Of a DNA stretch of 64,000 bases, positions 63,313 to 64,000 are shown one piece after another. This stretch comes from a bacterium (GTDB taxonomy: Bacteria; Zhuqueibacterota; Zhuqueibacteria; Residuimicrobiales; Krinioviventaceae), in assembly GCA_963675755.2 (NCBI GenBank), contig CAXXMD010000003.1:1280001-1344000 (forward strand). The letters are read 5' to 3'. The position numbers and the translations under genes were made by a program. Below the pieces are notes generated by a model that was not told the DNA's origin, made no database searches, and worked only from the letters and a program-made list of their open reading frames with translations. How positions within the stretch are numbered: position 1 is the first letter of the stretch; each line of letters begins with the position of its first letter.

Positions 63313-63316
63313 ACAG

Positions 63317-64000
63317 TTATTTCACCTTGAACTGATATTCTCCGCTTTCAACAGAGTATACTGTGTATCCATCCTTGTGCTCAACATAGGTGATAAAAGG
63401 TGAGGATTGGTGGATTTTGTCGTTTTGCGCTAAGGATTGGCCGTTTTTGTCGGGCACACAAACGGTTGCCGTACAGCCAACCGGTACAGTCACATCCATT
63501 TCGAATTGTTTATCGGACTGTTTCCAAGAGATACCGGCCTTGCCAAAAGGCGTATTGTTGGAATAGGTGACATATTCCAGTTCGTCCAAAGGTTGGGGTT
63601 TGAACAGAATGTGACGATAAGCCGGTTGATCAGGATCAATCTGTATACCGGCCAGATTGCGGTAAAACCATACCAGTCCGCCGCCAAACATGGGGTGGTT
63701 CTGCGAGTTTTTGCTGTTCCACTGTTCGCGGGTTGTGGTAGCACCTAGTTCCAACCACCAGCCAAAGCTGGGTTCGGTACGCTGGTTCAATATCTCGTAT
63801 GCCAGGTCATGCATGCCATTGTTTGCAAGCACTTCAAACAGAAACCGTGTCCCAATGATACCGGTATCGAGATGATTGCCGTTTGCGGCAATATTGGCTT
63901 TTAACGCGGCGGTGACTTTATCATACTGTTCATCCGGAACGCCCATGTACAGGGCCAGCACATTGCCGCCATAGTTGCCGTAACTGCCGGTTTGCGCATT
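63317..64000 (-). CDS. GH78 alpha-L-rhamnosidase, 3' part only
   Basis: HLDTGIIGT, PSFGWW...GATT..EQW and SQNHPMFG motifs; frame open to the window edge. Confidence 0.85.
   Translation of the reverse strand, partial: NAQTGSYGNYGGNVLALYMGVPDEQYDKVTAALKANIAANGNHLDTGIIGTRFLFEVLANNGMHDLAYEILNQRTEPSFGWWLELGATTTREQWNSKNSQNHPMFGGGLVWFYRNLAGIQIDPDQPAYRHILFKPQPLDELEYVTYSNNTPFGKAGISWKQSDKQFEMDVTVPVGCTATVCVPDKNGQSLAQNDKIHQSSPFITYVEHKDGYTVYSVESGEYQFKVK

Overview
64 kb of a diderm bacterial chromosome, by inference FCB group outside Bacteroidota (KSB1/Calditrichota/Ignavibacteria-like): it has PorU-like C25 proteases, YPNPFN-type C-terminal sorting domains and a yggS-yggT-divIVA-PNP-mtnP-ileS-lspA operon. 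From left to right: partial rsgA; a GH29-like hydrolase; a serS-pyrF-pyrE block; an AT-rich Wzy-type polysaccharide locus with a lipoprotein D-glucuronyl C5-epimerase; an OPT transporter; the divIVA/ileS/lspA operon; a cassette array and two PorU-like genes; a HAD-VOC-porin-ABC-rseC run; two tandem sialate O-acetylesterases; an MFS transporter; GH106, GH2 and GH78 hydrolases; and an AT-rich DUF262/DUF1524 island. The main signal is at 26.3-31.4 kb: a two-unit tandem array of [lspA 3' end + terminator][unrelated promoter and N-terminal cargo][near-identical sorting domain + palindrome-rich spacer]. The orphan lspA tail differs from the real one only by synonymous changes. The adjacent porU pair repeats this signature with a short tail of its upstream gene rseC. 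REP-like palindromes sit at or near the junctions and also bracket the DUF262 island. No rRNA, tRNA, CRISPR array, integrase or transposase was seen. All alignments were done by eye, so boundaries may be off by a few bases, and an assembly artefact cannot be excluded without reads.
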